DNA of 64,000 nt, the filler included, from Blastocystis sp. subtype 4 (taxonomy: Eukaryota), in the NCBI RefSeq assembly GCF_000743755.1. It is 11 parts of 11 records of this genome, joined end to end, with 100 filler letters (N's around TTAATTAATTAA, not from the genome) between each part and the next. Parts side by side here need not be neighbours in the genome. Positions count along the whole stretch, not along the records: positions 24,766 to 30,780 come from NW_014569106.1; positions 30,881 to 36,876 come from NW_014569105.1; positions 36,977 to 42,962 come from NW_014569104.1; 8 more parts are not named here. The stretch is one strand, 5' to 3'. Of this stretch, positions 25,032 through 37,199 are shown piece after piece. Below the pieces are notes generated by a model, which saw only the letters and a list, made by a program, of their open reading frames with translations, was not told the origin of the DNA and made no database searches. Each line of letters starts with the position of its first letter. The first letter of the stretch is position 1. The translations under genes were made by a program, and so were the position numbers.

Positions 25032-26174
25032 ACTCTTTAATCGCATTGTACACATAATCCACAATCGCAGTTACATCTCCAAAGAACTTTGATTTGAGAT
25101 CCTACATTTCAGACACCTCTAAAGGAGCTACAACAAGAGTTGGGACCTGAGGACCTTCCACACTATCAATCTTAAACATGCCAAAGGTCTGCTTATCAAT
25201 TCCATACAATTCTCCTACATTGGGGTAGATGGCAGGAATGGTAATCTTAACAACAGTTCCATTAGTGAAGGTCAATATTAAATGAATATCATCCTCAGTA
25301 GTAATGGTAGCCTTGTCAGCAAGAGAGTCAATTTCTTTGTGAAGTCTCATTCTTGCATACAAAGCGTAGATAGTTTGATGAGCCTATTGTAGTAGAAATC
25401 AACTAAGAAATACCAGAAGTTGAATGTCATTTCTCTTGATGGAATAATCAATGGCTTCCTGGAAACAAGGATATGATGGGTCAATCGTAGCTGACACAAT
25501 CGAATAACGATTAGCAGCATCTGCATGGACGTTTACAGTCACAATGTAACCTTCCTTCATTCGCAATTCTAGTACATCTCCTTTGAGTGAAATGCTCTCT
25601 GTACTTGTTGTCTTCTGATAGATTCCACGCAATTGATTCAAATAAGCAATGGCATTCTGACCTTTGAGCATATAATCTTCGTTCAACAATTTGAGATCCA
25701 CGATCATATCTACATCTGGAATGGCGATAAAATCCGATTCCTGGACATCACTTGGCACTTGATTCTCAAAGCGTTCACTTAGTGAACGGATGGATGATAC
25801 AATATCTTCATACATGGTTTTTGTTGTTTCAACACAGTTGGCAGTTGATTTCATGGAGTGATCATAATCATGGTCAATTCCCTCTTTCATCACTATATTA
25901 TCATTGTAAACTATCTCATACCATTTGAAAATAGAGCAGGAATATTAAGAAGACATTCGGAATACTTCTCATTTTGTCTTGACAAGGCATTGATCTTTTC
26001 CTATCTAATTATTGACTCAACAGTAATGTACACCAATCTTTATAAGTGAGGATGCCAAGACTTCTCTTTCTGGATCCGATCTGAAAGAAGGGGTATTACA
26101 CAGTGCAATAAGGGCAACTAATAATCTGGATGATAATGAATCTCAAATGCATACAACTTTTCAGCTACAATCAT
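25032..26174 (-). CDS. Hypothetical coiled-coil protein with a possible C-terminal RWD-like domain
   Basis: Spliced from ATG 26174 (MIVAEKLLVAL). C-terminal VKITIPAIYPN resembles RWD YP motifs. Stop inferred from polyadenylation at 25032. Confidence 0.6.
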
Positions 26175-26315
26175 ACTTACAAAGATATCTATGAAGACAG
26201 CAAACCGAATTCGGCTGAAGTGCCGAAAAGTGGGTAACAATGATATCTTGTGATCCACCCATAAAAAGTGATCAAAACAAACACAGAAACAGTAGACAGA
26301 ATGCCAGAATAAAGT

Positions 26316-26831
<516 letters not shown>

Positions 26832-27055
26832 TCTGTAATCTAGAAAATTACACTTATAAGAAACTATGTACTCTATTTCTGTGTATACTACAATCCTAAA
26901 AATTGGCCTCCAATATTATTGGTAGCCCCAATTTGAATAACTGAAAGACGAAGTAATGTCTCTAGTATTGAAATAAACAAGTACCAATGTTAACAGACAC
27001 ATAGAGGAAGCTGGCTGGGGCATAAGGTCCATTGACTTCATTTAACAAACAAGTG

Positions 27056-27805
27056 ATTTATCATTCCTCAGATGATGTGAATTCATTATTGTGGATAGGA
27101 ATAACCACAAAGTATTGATGTCTCGAACAATACCTTCAGGCTTTGTTGCAAATATGGTCATCGCTCCCACTTCCAGAGAAATTAGAAATACGAGAAGAGA
27201 AGCTATAAAAAGATAGAAGGAGAGTAGATTATTCTTTGCAACACATTGTCTATGAGAAATCGATCGAATACAACATACTTACCCCATAAATGTACAGTGA
27301 TGATCATGACTACATATGATACAAATAGTGAATCTGTACTTATAAAAGCATACACCGCAGTCTGTGCAATGGTACCCATTAGGAGGGCGATAAAGGCCAC
27401 ATATCGAACAATATGTATAACCTAGTGGTTCCAAAGTGTTCTTATTCTCAATTGAATTGTCTTCACTAGCTTGAATAATGCCTGGATCAAGTAGAGAAGT
27501 GTAGAAATAGGATACAAGTGTAAGGATGTATGAAAAGAGCAAGATATAAGCTAACATCGATGATTCACAATATCTGAAGATATAATTTTCTAGTAATCCA
27601 GCAAGGAGAAGCAAGATACTAAATGGAATGGTCACTTTTCTATGCTTTAAAATAGAATGGAACCGAAAACCGATCAGGACCCAGAGCAATCCATCGTCCA
27701 CCCTTTGTACCGGAATCCATTACAACAAAGAATTTACCCTTGCGAAAGCAGTATCTAGTAAATTGATGTTGAGTATAGATAATACCGGTGTTTGTTACCG
27801 CTCAT
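27056..27805 (-). CDS. DHHC palmitoyltransferase-family protein
   Basis: DPG motif; CSICGLYRPPNGYHCTDCGVC...DHHCTFMGQCVAKNN after splicing. Stop inferred from polyadenylation at 27056. Confidence 0.85.
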
Positions 27806-27903
27806 CACATGCGTACTGAATCTATATTTGAAATGGGAACACAGTAGAATGGAAGTGGAATAGATTTATTCCTTCAAAATTCGTTTGACTAGATATTCTT
27901 GAT

Positions 27904-30392
27904 ATGCTTTCCAACAAAGATCGATTTCATTGTACAAGAAAAGTCACTCACATCACTCTATTCTCCTAAAGTGTACTCCATCACACCTCGATGAGATGGC
28001 TTTAAATACTGTTGAATTTGTTTTAGTCCAGCTTCTGCATCACGGTAATAAGCTTCTAACTTAACTGGATCCGTTTCAGACGCATGATCATGAAACTCTA
28101 ATTGTGACTCTATAATATCGACTCCAACCTTCTTTTATTGCAACAATGAGTCTATCACGTCGTGAAGAAGGATATGTCTTCATGGCCTGCCATTTAACGT
28201 TTTTATACAATTGCATACTTTCAGGATATGCCGATAAAGTCTGCAAACCTCTTGAGGAGTTTTGTTCATGAAATCCCGGATTGAATGTGATGAGTACAGG
28301 AATTACCATGTTCATGGTATACAACCGTACTATCTTGATCCCATCATAAGGGATTGAATTGTATCCTTTTTCTAGGATGTACAGTTTATGGAAATGGATG
28401 AGCTTCAAAGCAACATTGTCCACCTTAGAGGAATTGATAATGAGAAGACGGAACCCACAAACGAGACGATTCACCGATTGACTCGAACACGAAGTGACTC
28501 CAACTCAGTGATGATCGACGCTACAGAGTTTGATAATGATATTCAAGAGCTATTTCATGGAAATCAGCATGAGGTCATTTGCTTCGACTCTCTATATGAG
28601 GATTACAAGTAGTTTTTTGTGTAAATAGACATGTAGAAAGGATCAAATAAGTATGAAAGAGTTCTATTCAGGACTACAGAGTCTGTGTGTCACTCCAACA
28701 GCACGCGAAATACTAGAAATCGTGAAACTGAACTGTCCGATTAATAAGTATCCTGAAATTGAAGAGTTCCTGGAGTCCACAGCGTAGAGTGTAATAGAGA
28801 ATGTATCTCGTAGAGATGAGGAAGATGCTGAAGAGAGGAAACAATACGAACAAGTAGAATCAAGTGTGGATTATAATTCAGGACCTCCGTGAACAGTACA
28901 CGCTACTGCAAACCCAATTACAAGAGATTGATTCTGTTGCTGCCGATCATCAGCGGGGATTAAGCAAGGATAATACGGTATTCAAAGCTCTTCAAAAGGT
29001 CCGAAAAAACTGTACTCAAGTCCTTCGTGAAATCAAGCGTGTAATGAGTGATGAGGAATGTGGTTTTACTGTGAACCGACTTGATGAGTACTTCCATGCA
29101 GAATCTGATGAAGTAGATTCAAAGCAGCTGTTGACATGCTCACCGTTCAATTGCAAGATAAGATCCATGCATGTGATTATGTACGAACAACGAGTAATGG
29201 TAAGAGATAGTTAGAAGATGATTACGATCCTCTTCTGGATGATGATTCAATCAACGCAATGATCCAAAAGAATCATGATTGGGTCGTGGAGAAAATCAAA
29301 CATGCAAAAAGAGGTAACCTGAAGAAGAAACGATTCACTCTGTTTCCTCGTTCGCATCGTTCTATCGATATCTACTGTCAGAAGAATGAATATGTAATGT
29401 GTTATTGGGAAGAAGATGATATGAGTCGTCTCTTGTTTAATGCTGTTTTCATTCCTGATGGAAATGACAAGGAAATGCAAGTGTAGTAAATAGAATGTGT
29501 AATCATAACTAGAGTTCCTTTATTAATCCGAGTCTCTAAATACTGTTTTCTGTTTCATGCAATTCATGCGGGCAATCTCATATTGAAGTGGAACAATAAA
29601 CTCAGTTTCCGAAAGAAGAAGCATATCCACAGTTATGTCCGTCGTTTCCATGTTCATATAATGGATTCTACTGATGCTTAGTCTCATGATGGAAAAGCCA
29701 TGTTTGAAGAATATGACAAACGTCACTTTGATATGCTTGATGTCCAGAGCAAGTTCCTCTCTAAGCTATCCATAGAAGGAGGCGTATTGACCATCAAAGC
29801 CTCCTCTACCTGTCAAAGAGAAGATGGAATTAACTACATCACTACATGTTACTGGAAAAGAATATATTATTCTGTTCCATAAGATATAGATGAAAAATAC
29901 AACATGCATGCCTCGTGGGAAGTATCACATACATGGGATGAATGGAAAGACTTCTATTCTTATCTGGACTACATTCTTCCAGAAAGAATACACAGTTTAC
30001 CTTCCTTTCCAAAGTCTCATATTCTCATGACCACATTGCTTGTAGATGACCGTTTAAATGGCCTGAACAGGTTGACAAACACTCTCTCTATAATATAGAT
30101 TCATCCAGGGAATTATGAAGGATGAAAGTATCATGAAACGATACGAAGTGAGTAAGTTCTTCAAAATCGCTAGTCACATTCGCAGAGAACGATGTATATA
30201 TGAAATGAGTTATCAACAATAGGTGCAGTCCTCTGTATAATGCAAAAGAATGATGAAGACAATGTTGCAATGTTCGATAGAAATAAGTTATAGACAAAAG
30301 AGAGAGTAGTAGAAGAAACTGAAGAGAAAGTCTCCTTTTCACCTACAGAAGTAACTCTCACTGATCCATTATCCTATTTAACATCTCGTTAA
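27904..30392 (+). CDS. Multi-exon protein with an EF-hand-like segment and a C-terminal PX domain
   Basis: QISMKEFYSGL; WEVSHTWDEWKDFYSYL...LPSFPKSH...DDRLNGLN is PX-like; TAA at 30390-30392. Confidence 0.6.
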
Positions 30393-30600
30393 ATACTTCT
30401 TTGTTCACACCACAAGTGATCTTAACTTTCTTTCCAATCCACTCCATCATTTATCCATACTCCAATAGAATAACAATATTCATAATATTGAAACCATTAT
30501 TAGTTTGTCTTCAATTCATGTCGTTGCGCAGGTATATATCAAATTTTTGCCATCTGTCCACACACTGTCCACACCTTAGAGACATACCTATCAATTCCAA

Positions 30601-30780
30601 ATGGGTCGTGTGATTCGAGGTGAGTATTTGTAGAATCGAATGAGTTCAAAATTGAGTTGATAGAATGAGTTTTGTGTAAAGGAGGTACTAACGAGTCGTG
30701 TAGGTCAGCGTAAAGGAGCAAAGGGAGCAGTGTTCCAAGCTCATACTCATCTTCGTAAGGGAGTTCCTCAATTCCGTGCT
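30601..30780 (+). CDS. RPL8: 60S ribosomal protein L8 (uL2), 5' fragment
   Basis: MGRVIRGQRKGAKGAVFQAHTHLRKG across an 84-nt intron (30620-30703). Confidence 0.95.
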
Positions 30781-30880
30781 NNNNNNNNNNNNNNNNNNNN
30801 NNNNNNNNNNNNNNNNNNNNNNNNTTAATTAATTAANNNNNNNNNNNNNNNNNNNNNNNNNNNNNNNNNNNNNNNNNNNN
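30781..30880. other. Artificial contig spacer
   Basis: N44-TTAATTAATTAA-N44. Confidence 0.99.
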
Positions 30881-32325
30881 TGATGTTTCTGAATCTGAAT
30901 GTATTTTATCAGTTGAGATTCATTTGCCTCAATCTGTTTCAATTCAATTTCATAGTTGGTTATCAATCTATGCTAGTTCACATGAACTCTCTTCGAGTTC
31001 AATTTGTTATCCTGTTGCTGTGGAAGAGGTACATAACTCCTATAATCTCGATATGATGCCTGTTGCTGACTTCAATTCTAGTTCATTCATTAGCTTCTCA
31101 AGCATTAGTACGGAACTCTTTCTTGTTTATCAAGTACCTTCTTCTTCTGTGAATAGTTGGAGACTCCTCACTTCTCCAACGCTCTGTCCATTAACATCTT
31201 TTGATATTCAAGGTAGATTGGATATGAAAGATGAATGGAGTGAATCTAATCCATCTTCTTCGTATACTTATTCAAAGGTGGAGTATCTGACGATCAGTGT
31301 TCAGCACTATAATCATCATCACTACAGTAGTTACAAACTTATACCACGCGAAGTTATGTGTTTCCCTAGCAGAATGTATGAATTGTATCCCATGGTGTGT
31401 CATCAGCCTTATTCGGTCTCACGATCTTCATCACTCTTCAATGAGCGATATGAGATGACGATGGGAGATACTGTGAATATTGTTGCGAGCAATGCAGATG
31501 CAGTAGGATGTATGTCTGATCCATCACTCCCTGGAGGATTAGCATTCCATGAATGTTCAATTGTGGGATCCTGTTACAGATCTTATGATCCAAGTGTACT
31601 GGCAAGATGACTATGGCACTATGAGCCAACAAGTTACCATCAGTGTAACCGCAGTCGATATACCCAAAAAGAAATCTTCATCTCTGTACTTTGTGCTTCT
31701 TGGAGTAATTATCGTGGTGTTAGTGATCCTACTGTGGTTTGGATGTCGTTCGAAGGACAAGAAAGGCAAACTGATACGAGTTCATCTTGATCCACCAATT
31801 CCTGGGCCACCAATTTATGAGCCACCACAATCCCTTAAGATTGGGCACAAAGTACCGATGAACATAGGGCAGTCATCTTCAGTAGATCAGTCGATATCAT
31901 CTCTCAATGAAGGCCAATATCCACAGGATAGCCATCGATTCTCTACTCCCATTCAGTCTTCGGTTTCGCCATCCTTAGGATCTACAACTGTTGTGTCAGC
32001 AGATCCTCAGAAGTCGCCTGTCTCCCTTTCTCCCTCGATGCAGCCACAATTGTCTGTTGCTCCATATACGAGTCAGTCAGTTCAAGTGCCTGGACTGAAG
32101 GTGCCATCTACAATGAGGTCGAACGATATGTCTATGATGCCATCACCTGGCCCGTCACAGTCATTTACTCCTTCTGGACGATTGGTATCTGCTGGAAATA
32201 GCTCTCGAGTTTCCGTGAGATGTTCTAAGAGTACGATTGTTAAAGATGAGAATGGAAATGACGTGGATCTGGAAAGTTTACCCTTTCATGCACGACTTCA
32301 ATATACCAAAGATTCTGGTGCGTAA
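30881..32325 (+). CDS. Surface protein with a putative Ig (He_PIG-like) domain, TM and S/P-rich tail (5' truncated; frame break near 31570)
   Basis: PSLPGGLAF...IVGS motif; TM LYFVLLGVIIVVLVILLWFG; two overlapping ORFs in different frames. Confidence 0.65.
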
Positions 32326-32479
32326 TATACGTGTTTATTAAATCAACTACGATTAGATTTAGATTGCATGAGAATATGCAGATATCGAGTTCTTCAATTA
32401 AGGATACCTATTGTATCGTACAAACAGCTAATTATGAATCTTCTGTTTAGAAACAATCATTGTCTATACAACATTCTAT

Positions 32480-34284
32480 CTATTTACAACGACCAGTCTT
32501 AGCATCAAACCTTTTGAGAAGTGAATGAGTAACCTTGTATATCAGAGTATGTTGAGCTCGTGTCATTGACAGAGCAGCTAGACCAAAAGTGCTTTCTTTG
32601 CATACTATCAATGCATCCGTATCTGCTAACAGATACAAATCAACAAGAGCATTCTTTAATGGTTCATCATTACCCTGAGCTGATGTTCGAGAGTGTGATC
32701 GTTTGAATGTCTTTGAAACACCAATTTCATACTTTGGTCCCAGTTTCTGTCGAATATAGTTCTCGGCATATGTAGAATCAGTAGACAAATAGATCACTGT
32801 GTTGTTTGAATCATAGTTCCATTTTCGCATCATTGTTACAATAGTATTGGGAAGAGCTCTCAATTGATCCATTGTCATCATTTGAGCTATTTCATGGAAA
32901 TCAGCCAAACATCCTCCCATTCGAACTTGAACTCCCAGGACATACTTCCGAGTGAACAACAATCGCTTGTTGTTTTGAATCACATTTTGAAGTTCAGTGG
33001 ATGGATTGAGAAGAATCCGATACACATATCGTCTGTAATCCTTATAGGAATCTGAAGGAGAAATGATTCCATTCTGTTGTAGTGCAAGCATATTTGATTT
33101 GGTACCGACCTTCTCATCAGAGAGAAAGCAATCAGTAACCACCGCATTTTGATGTCTCATCACAGAGACATCTGACTGTGCCATAGAACACATTTTTCTA
33201 TTGACTGTTTTATAACCTATATTCAAACTTGATATATTTGGAATCAAAAGAGATTGGTCAGCTGTTATACAATTAGCAGTATTGATCCAGAAGTTCAGAG
33301 GAAGAGCAACTACAATGAATTCATTGAATCAATTCTACTATACAAACGATGTTTGAGCAAAAGAGCATAAGTAACGGTTAAATAGAAGGACCAGTACTTA
33401 TGTCCCAGTCCTCCTGGATATCCGTTATGCAAGAGCGTATACTTATTTGGACCCTTGATCACCTTAAGAATATCTGAACACTTCTGATTGTAATCTAGAC
33501 ATCAAGAGATCATTGAATACTGACTGACAGAATCACCCCAATCATAATAGATCTCTTTGACTCTAGGCTTCTTGGATGAAGAGTGTGATACTGTAGACTG
33601 AGTATCCATATTGTTCTGTTGTGAGGATTGGACTGGTACCGTTGGTAATGAAGGTGGTATAGTTGGTCTAGGAGTAGAAATAGGAATAGAAGTCAGATTT
33701 GGAGAAGGATAATGAACGGGCGAATCCAGTGTTGATTCAGCAGTATGTTCTACAATGTCTATAGTCGGTTTCATTGTTGAAACAGAAGCTACTGTTGGAA
33801 GGATTATTTCAGCATTCGCTTTCGTTGAACCAGAAGAAGCCGATATAATACTGTGTGTCGAATTTCCATTAGGAAATACAGAAGAAACATTATAGCGTGA
33901 ACCATATAGAGATAATGACGAATATTCATTACCAATCACAGTAGAATCAGTGGAATAGTCATCTGAGTAATTATACTCAGTTAAAGAAACAGAGTTACCA
34001 AACTCACTGAAAACATGCATAGATCTTCCCATTATTCTAGGATACAATAAAAGAATAGAGGAGGAACATGAATCATGGATGCTGTTATAAAGGACCTGAG
34101 ATCGTATTTGAGTGTGACAAAACAGAATGAAAACCAGTAGGAACATACCACTAACAAGTACCATTCTTCTATTAGCGAATGAATGGAAAAGAGAGTATTC
34201 TTTGAGGCCTGATCCTGTAGCAAATAGGAAGGTAGAATCAAAACCCACAGGATGTTTTGTCTCCTTTTCGTCTTTACTTATCAC
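32480..34284 (-). CDS. Fucosyltransferase-like type II membrane glycosyltransferase (GT23/GT37-like motifs)
   Basis: PGGLGHK, LGVQVRMG, IYLSTDS, ALVDLYLLADTDALI...STFG; N-terminal TM and S/T/P stem. Start is uncertain. Confidence 0.75.
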
Positions 34285-34396
34285 AACAGGTCATTGCATA
34301 AACAATAGACTAACTATACAAGTCTCATTCTAGCATTCACTATCATTATACGATATAACATGTCACATGGGGTTGATTTGGTAGTTGATAATCAAG

Positions 34397-34770
34397 ATGG
34401 AAACTGATGAAAACGCATTTTTACAAAGAACTGAAGTAGTCATCAGAACAAAGGAGATAATAGACGTAGTTAAGTGTTGTTCAGAAGAAACAAAGGGAAG
34501 AGATCATTGCTTCTGACTAATGGAAGATATAAAACACAACTCATGTCATTGCTGAACAATTCTTACGGAAATACAAGAATCCTGTTCAAACTATGTGGCT
34601 GTTCTAGATGGTGATTAACATCTCAACAATCTCTTCTGGTGTAACGGACATGAACTGACTATGTTTAAAAAGAAAGGACCCAGAATCAATAAATACATTG
34701 ACGAACCTCAGGTAGACTTCCTTGATCATCTTGCCGGAATCACATACAAACAACTTCTCAACTGATCGGT
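34397..34770 (+). pseudogene. HNH endonuclease-like pseudogene
   Basis: Frameshifted pieces THVIAEQFLRKYKNP and YVAVLDGD*HLNNLFWC resemble HNH_3 (HRLVAxxF...DG...NLxW). Confidence 0.45.
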
Positions 34771-35540
34771 GAATAAAAAGACCAAAACTGAATGAAATCC
34801 ATACTAATTCACTTTGGCAGGACAAACATAGTTGCTGACAAGATGTCTAACAACTGTAAGTAGTTTGATCAAATTACCAGGGCTACTATACTGCTTCATA
34901 CCTATCAGAAACAAGAATATGGGTTATTAGTAATGTCTCAATAAAACCGCGATTAGCATCAGTTATGTATACGCTAATCTGATTGGTGCTGATATGAAGC
35001 ACCAAAAGAGTTAATAGCACAATTGGGATGTTGATATTTAACAACATTTGAGAAATGAAGTCAATTAATGAATTCCCCAATTTCTTTTACTCTTCTACAG
35101 AAGTACAGAATCATCGAAACTGTAAGTCCCTAAAAGGCCCATAATTTCTTCACAAAAATGGTTTTTAGAAGGGTTATATAGTGATTATCGACACCCAATA
35201 TCGGCATCGTGGGTGACGATCTTTTGAGAGATCCACCACTCTTTGTGAATTGCGTCACCATTTGCGTCTCTTTCAATCTTTCTGTAAAGGCCAATTCATC
35301 AGACTTTTGAAGATCTCGAGATTACCGACACTTAGACCAAAGGATCGTTATTCTTTCTATGTATTTGGTGTCGATGTTTGGGGAATCCATCAATCGTTGC
35401 TGAATCCACCTGTTTGGGATATTTATTCAACTACACAAAGTGAAATGAGAATGGAAAGCTGTCTTACAGCTAGCTTTAAAACTCCCATTTACGTTGTTTT
35501 CCTTAGGATCGTTCAACACAGTTGAACTCCACATATTAAA

Positions 35541-36062
35541 CTATACTGAATACTTGTTGATGTAGATGTCTGAAGCGATTGATACTACTTCATCATCACC
35601 ATCACACACATCAAACTGAACCGAACGCAAATCACTCATACGAATTCCTGGCATGTTCAAATGACTAAACAAACACACATTGTTCAATCCCATTGTTGAA
35701 TAGATCATACAATCCACTAATGGACTTGTTTCAAATGATATCATCTGCTTTACCAGATTACTGTAGATTCGAATACAATTCAATCCATTTGATACATCCA
35801 TTAGTTCTCTTTCTTTCAGACCACTTGCCTGAATTTCATCAAATCTCAATATTCGACTCAGAACAGGTACTTGTTGAAATACTAGATCATAAGCAGGACC
35901 AGAAGATGGATATCCATCTTCTGTGAATGTGAGATATGAACCAAACATCTCTTCTAATGATTCTTGATCATAGTATCCTGCTTCAACAACGATATTCTTT
36001 GGTCCTGAATCATTTCGAGCTACTACTGTATTCGTTGTTTTCACATTGTACAAAGATATCAT
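35541..36062 (-). CDS. Minor capsid (penton)-like protein of Polinton/PLV/virophage type
   Basis: VEAGYY, SRILRF, MDVSNGLNCIRIYSNLVK and LRSVQFDVCDGDDEVVSI follow the penton pattern (PxGxY...ILGF...D...IYSNLV...IxFxxxDxxG). Confidence 0.55.
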   Translation of the reverse strand: MISLYNVKTTNTVVARNDSGPKNIVVEAGYYDQESLEEMFGSYLTFTEDGYPSSGPAYDLVFQQVPVLSRILRFDEIQASGLKERELMDVSNGLNCIRIYSNLVKQMISFETSPLVDCMIYSTMGLNNVCLFSHLNMPGIRMSDLRSVQFDVCDGDDEVVSIASDIYINKYSV

Positions 36063-36494
36063 TCAACTCAATCTTATCAATATCACAAACATCACCATTC
36101 CTATTAACAATCCATATACTACAATTTCAATAATCATATTCAACTCCCTAACAACAGTTATATCACTCCATTATCTCTTCTTGCAGATGCCAAAATACAC
36201 AATATCACATCCACTCAGATTGTTGTTATTGATGGTGCTCAAATCATATTCAATCCAGGAATATGGGATATCAATCAATTGATGGATAAACTCAATACTG
36301 GAAATGCGATATTCAATCTAGTGATATCAGGGAAAGATACTTACAAAGTTCATATCACTGATTTCCAATCCATTGATTTCTCAAATGCTCATCAAATCAA
36401 GAACATTCTAGGAATCGAAGATGATCAAATGAGTGGTATTAACATTGTCAAACAATATCCAGTCAAGGATACTGCTTCTAAAGCACTGAATTAA
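36061..36494 (+). pseudogene. Second penton-like fragment (frameshifted, truncated)
   Basis: IHNITSTQIVVIDGAQIIFNPGIWDINQLMDKLN...IDFSNAHQIKNILG parallels the first penton-like ORF; frameshift near 36115. Confidence 0.45.
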
Positions 36495-36876
36495 TCTAGA
36501 CACTTTGGATCTCACTGTATTCTTCTTGTATCTCTTCTTCATCATTTCAATATATCCATTCAATCCAATCAAGTATTCATCACACATTTGACCAGTCAAA
36601 GAATAACAATTGCTTGAACTCAATAGACCATTATCAATCAACCATTGTTCATAATGATAGAATTCATTCCAATATCGAGATTCAGTTTTAGACTTCATTC
36701 AACAGATCCAAATCAATCTCTTCACTTTCAATTCTTTAATGTGGTCATTCATTTTGTATTCATTCTCTTTCTCTATTATTCTCAGATCATTTAGTATTCC
36801 TCTAATCACTCTGTTAGTTCAATTATCTTCATCATTCATTCTGTCTCATTATCCTTCATTCTCACATTCAAGTTAT
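36495..36876 (-). pseudogene. Possible tyrosine-recombinase N-terminal (core-binding/SAM-like) fragment
   Basis: KTESRYWNEFYHYEQWL...YIEMMKKRYKKNTVRSKVSRL, with an in-frame stop just upstream. Confidence 0.35.
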
Positions 36877-36976
36877 NNNNNNNNNNNNNNNNNNNNNNNN
36901 NNNNNNNNNNNNNNNNNNNNTTAATTAATTAANNNNNNNNNNNNNNNNNNNNNNNNNNNNNNNNNNNNNNNNNNNN
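36877..36976. other. Artificial contig spacer
   Basis: N44-TTAATTAATTAA-N44. Confidence 0.99.
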
Positions 36977-37075
36977 AACAACCCTACCAATGTTGATGGT
37001 AGCCTGGTATTGCATAATTTCGGGGTTAATTGGAGACAAATTCTCCAGACCAATGTCACTCGTCTGTTCCGTCAT
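36977..37075 (-). CDS. EIF2S3: eIF2 gamma, 5' fragment
   Basis: MTEQTSDIGLENLSPINPEIMQYQATINIG matches LxPLSPExxxxQATINIG. Confidence 0.85.
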
Positions 37076-37199
37076 CGAAAGAGAGGTTTACTAAGGAGAA
37101 AACGGGATTTGTCTAAAACCGCGGTTCTTCGATCCTTCTTCAAAAGAATGAGAATTGTAACAAACATCTCTTGCTAATACTACAAAGGTTGCAAACTGC

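Larger units (their letters stand above)
34340..36876. mobile_element. Decayed endogenous Polinton/PLV-like dsDNA virus-derived region
   Basis: Intronless, broken ORFs resembling an HNH endonuclease, two or three penton/minor-capsid-like pieces and an integrase-N-like piece; the contig ends inside it. Confidence 0.55.

Noticed and set aside
35090..35540. Further viral ORF within the relic
   Set aside because: Only short broken frames with no recognisable motif.
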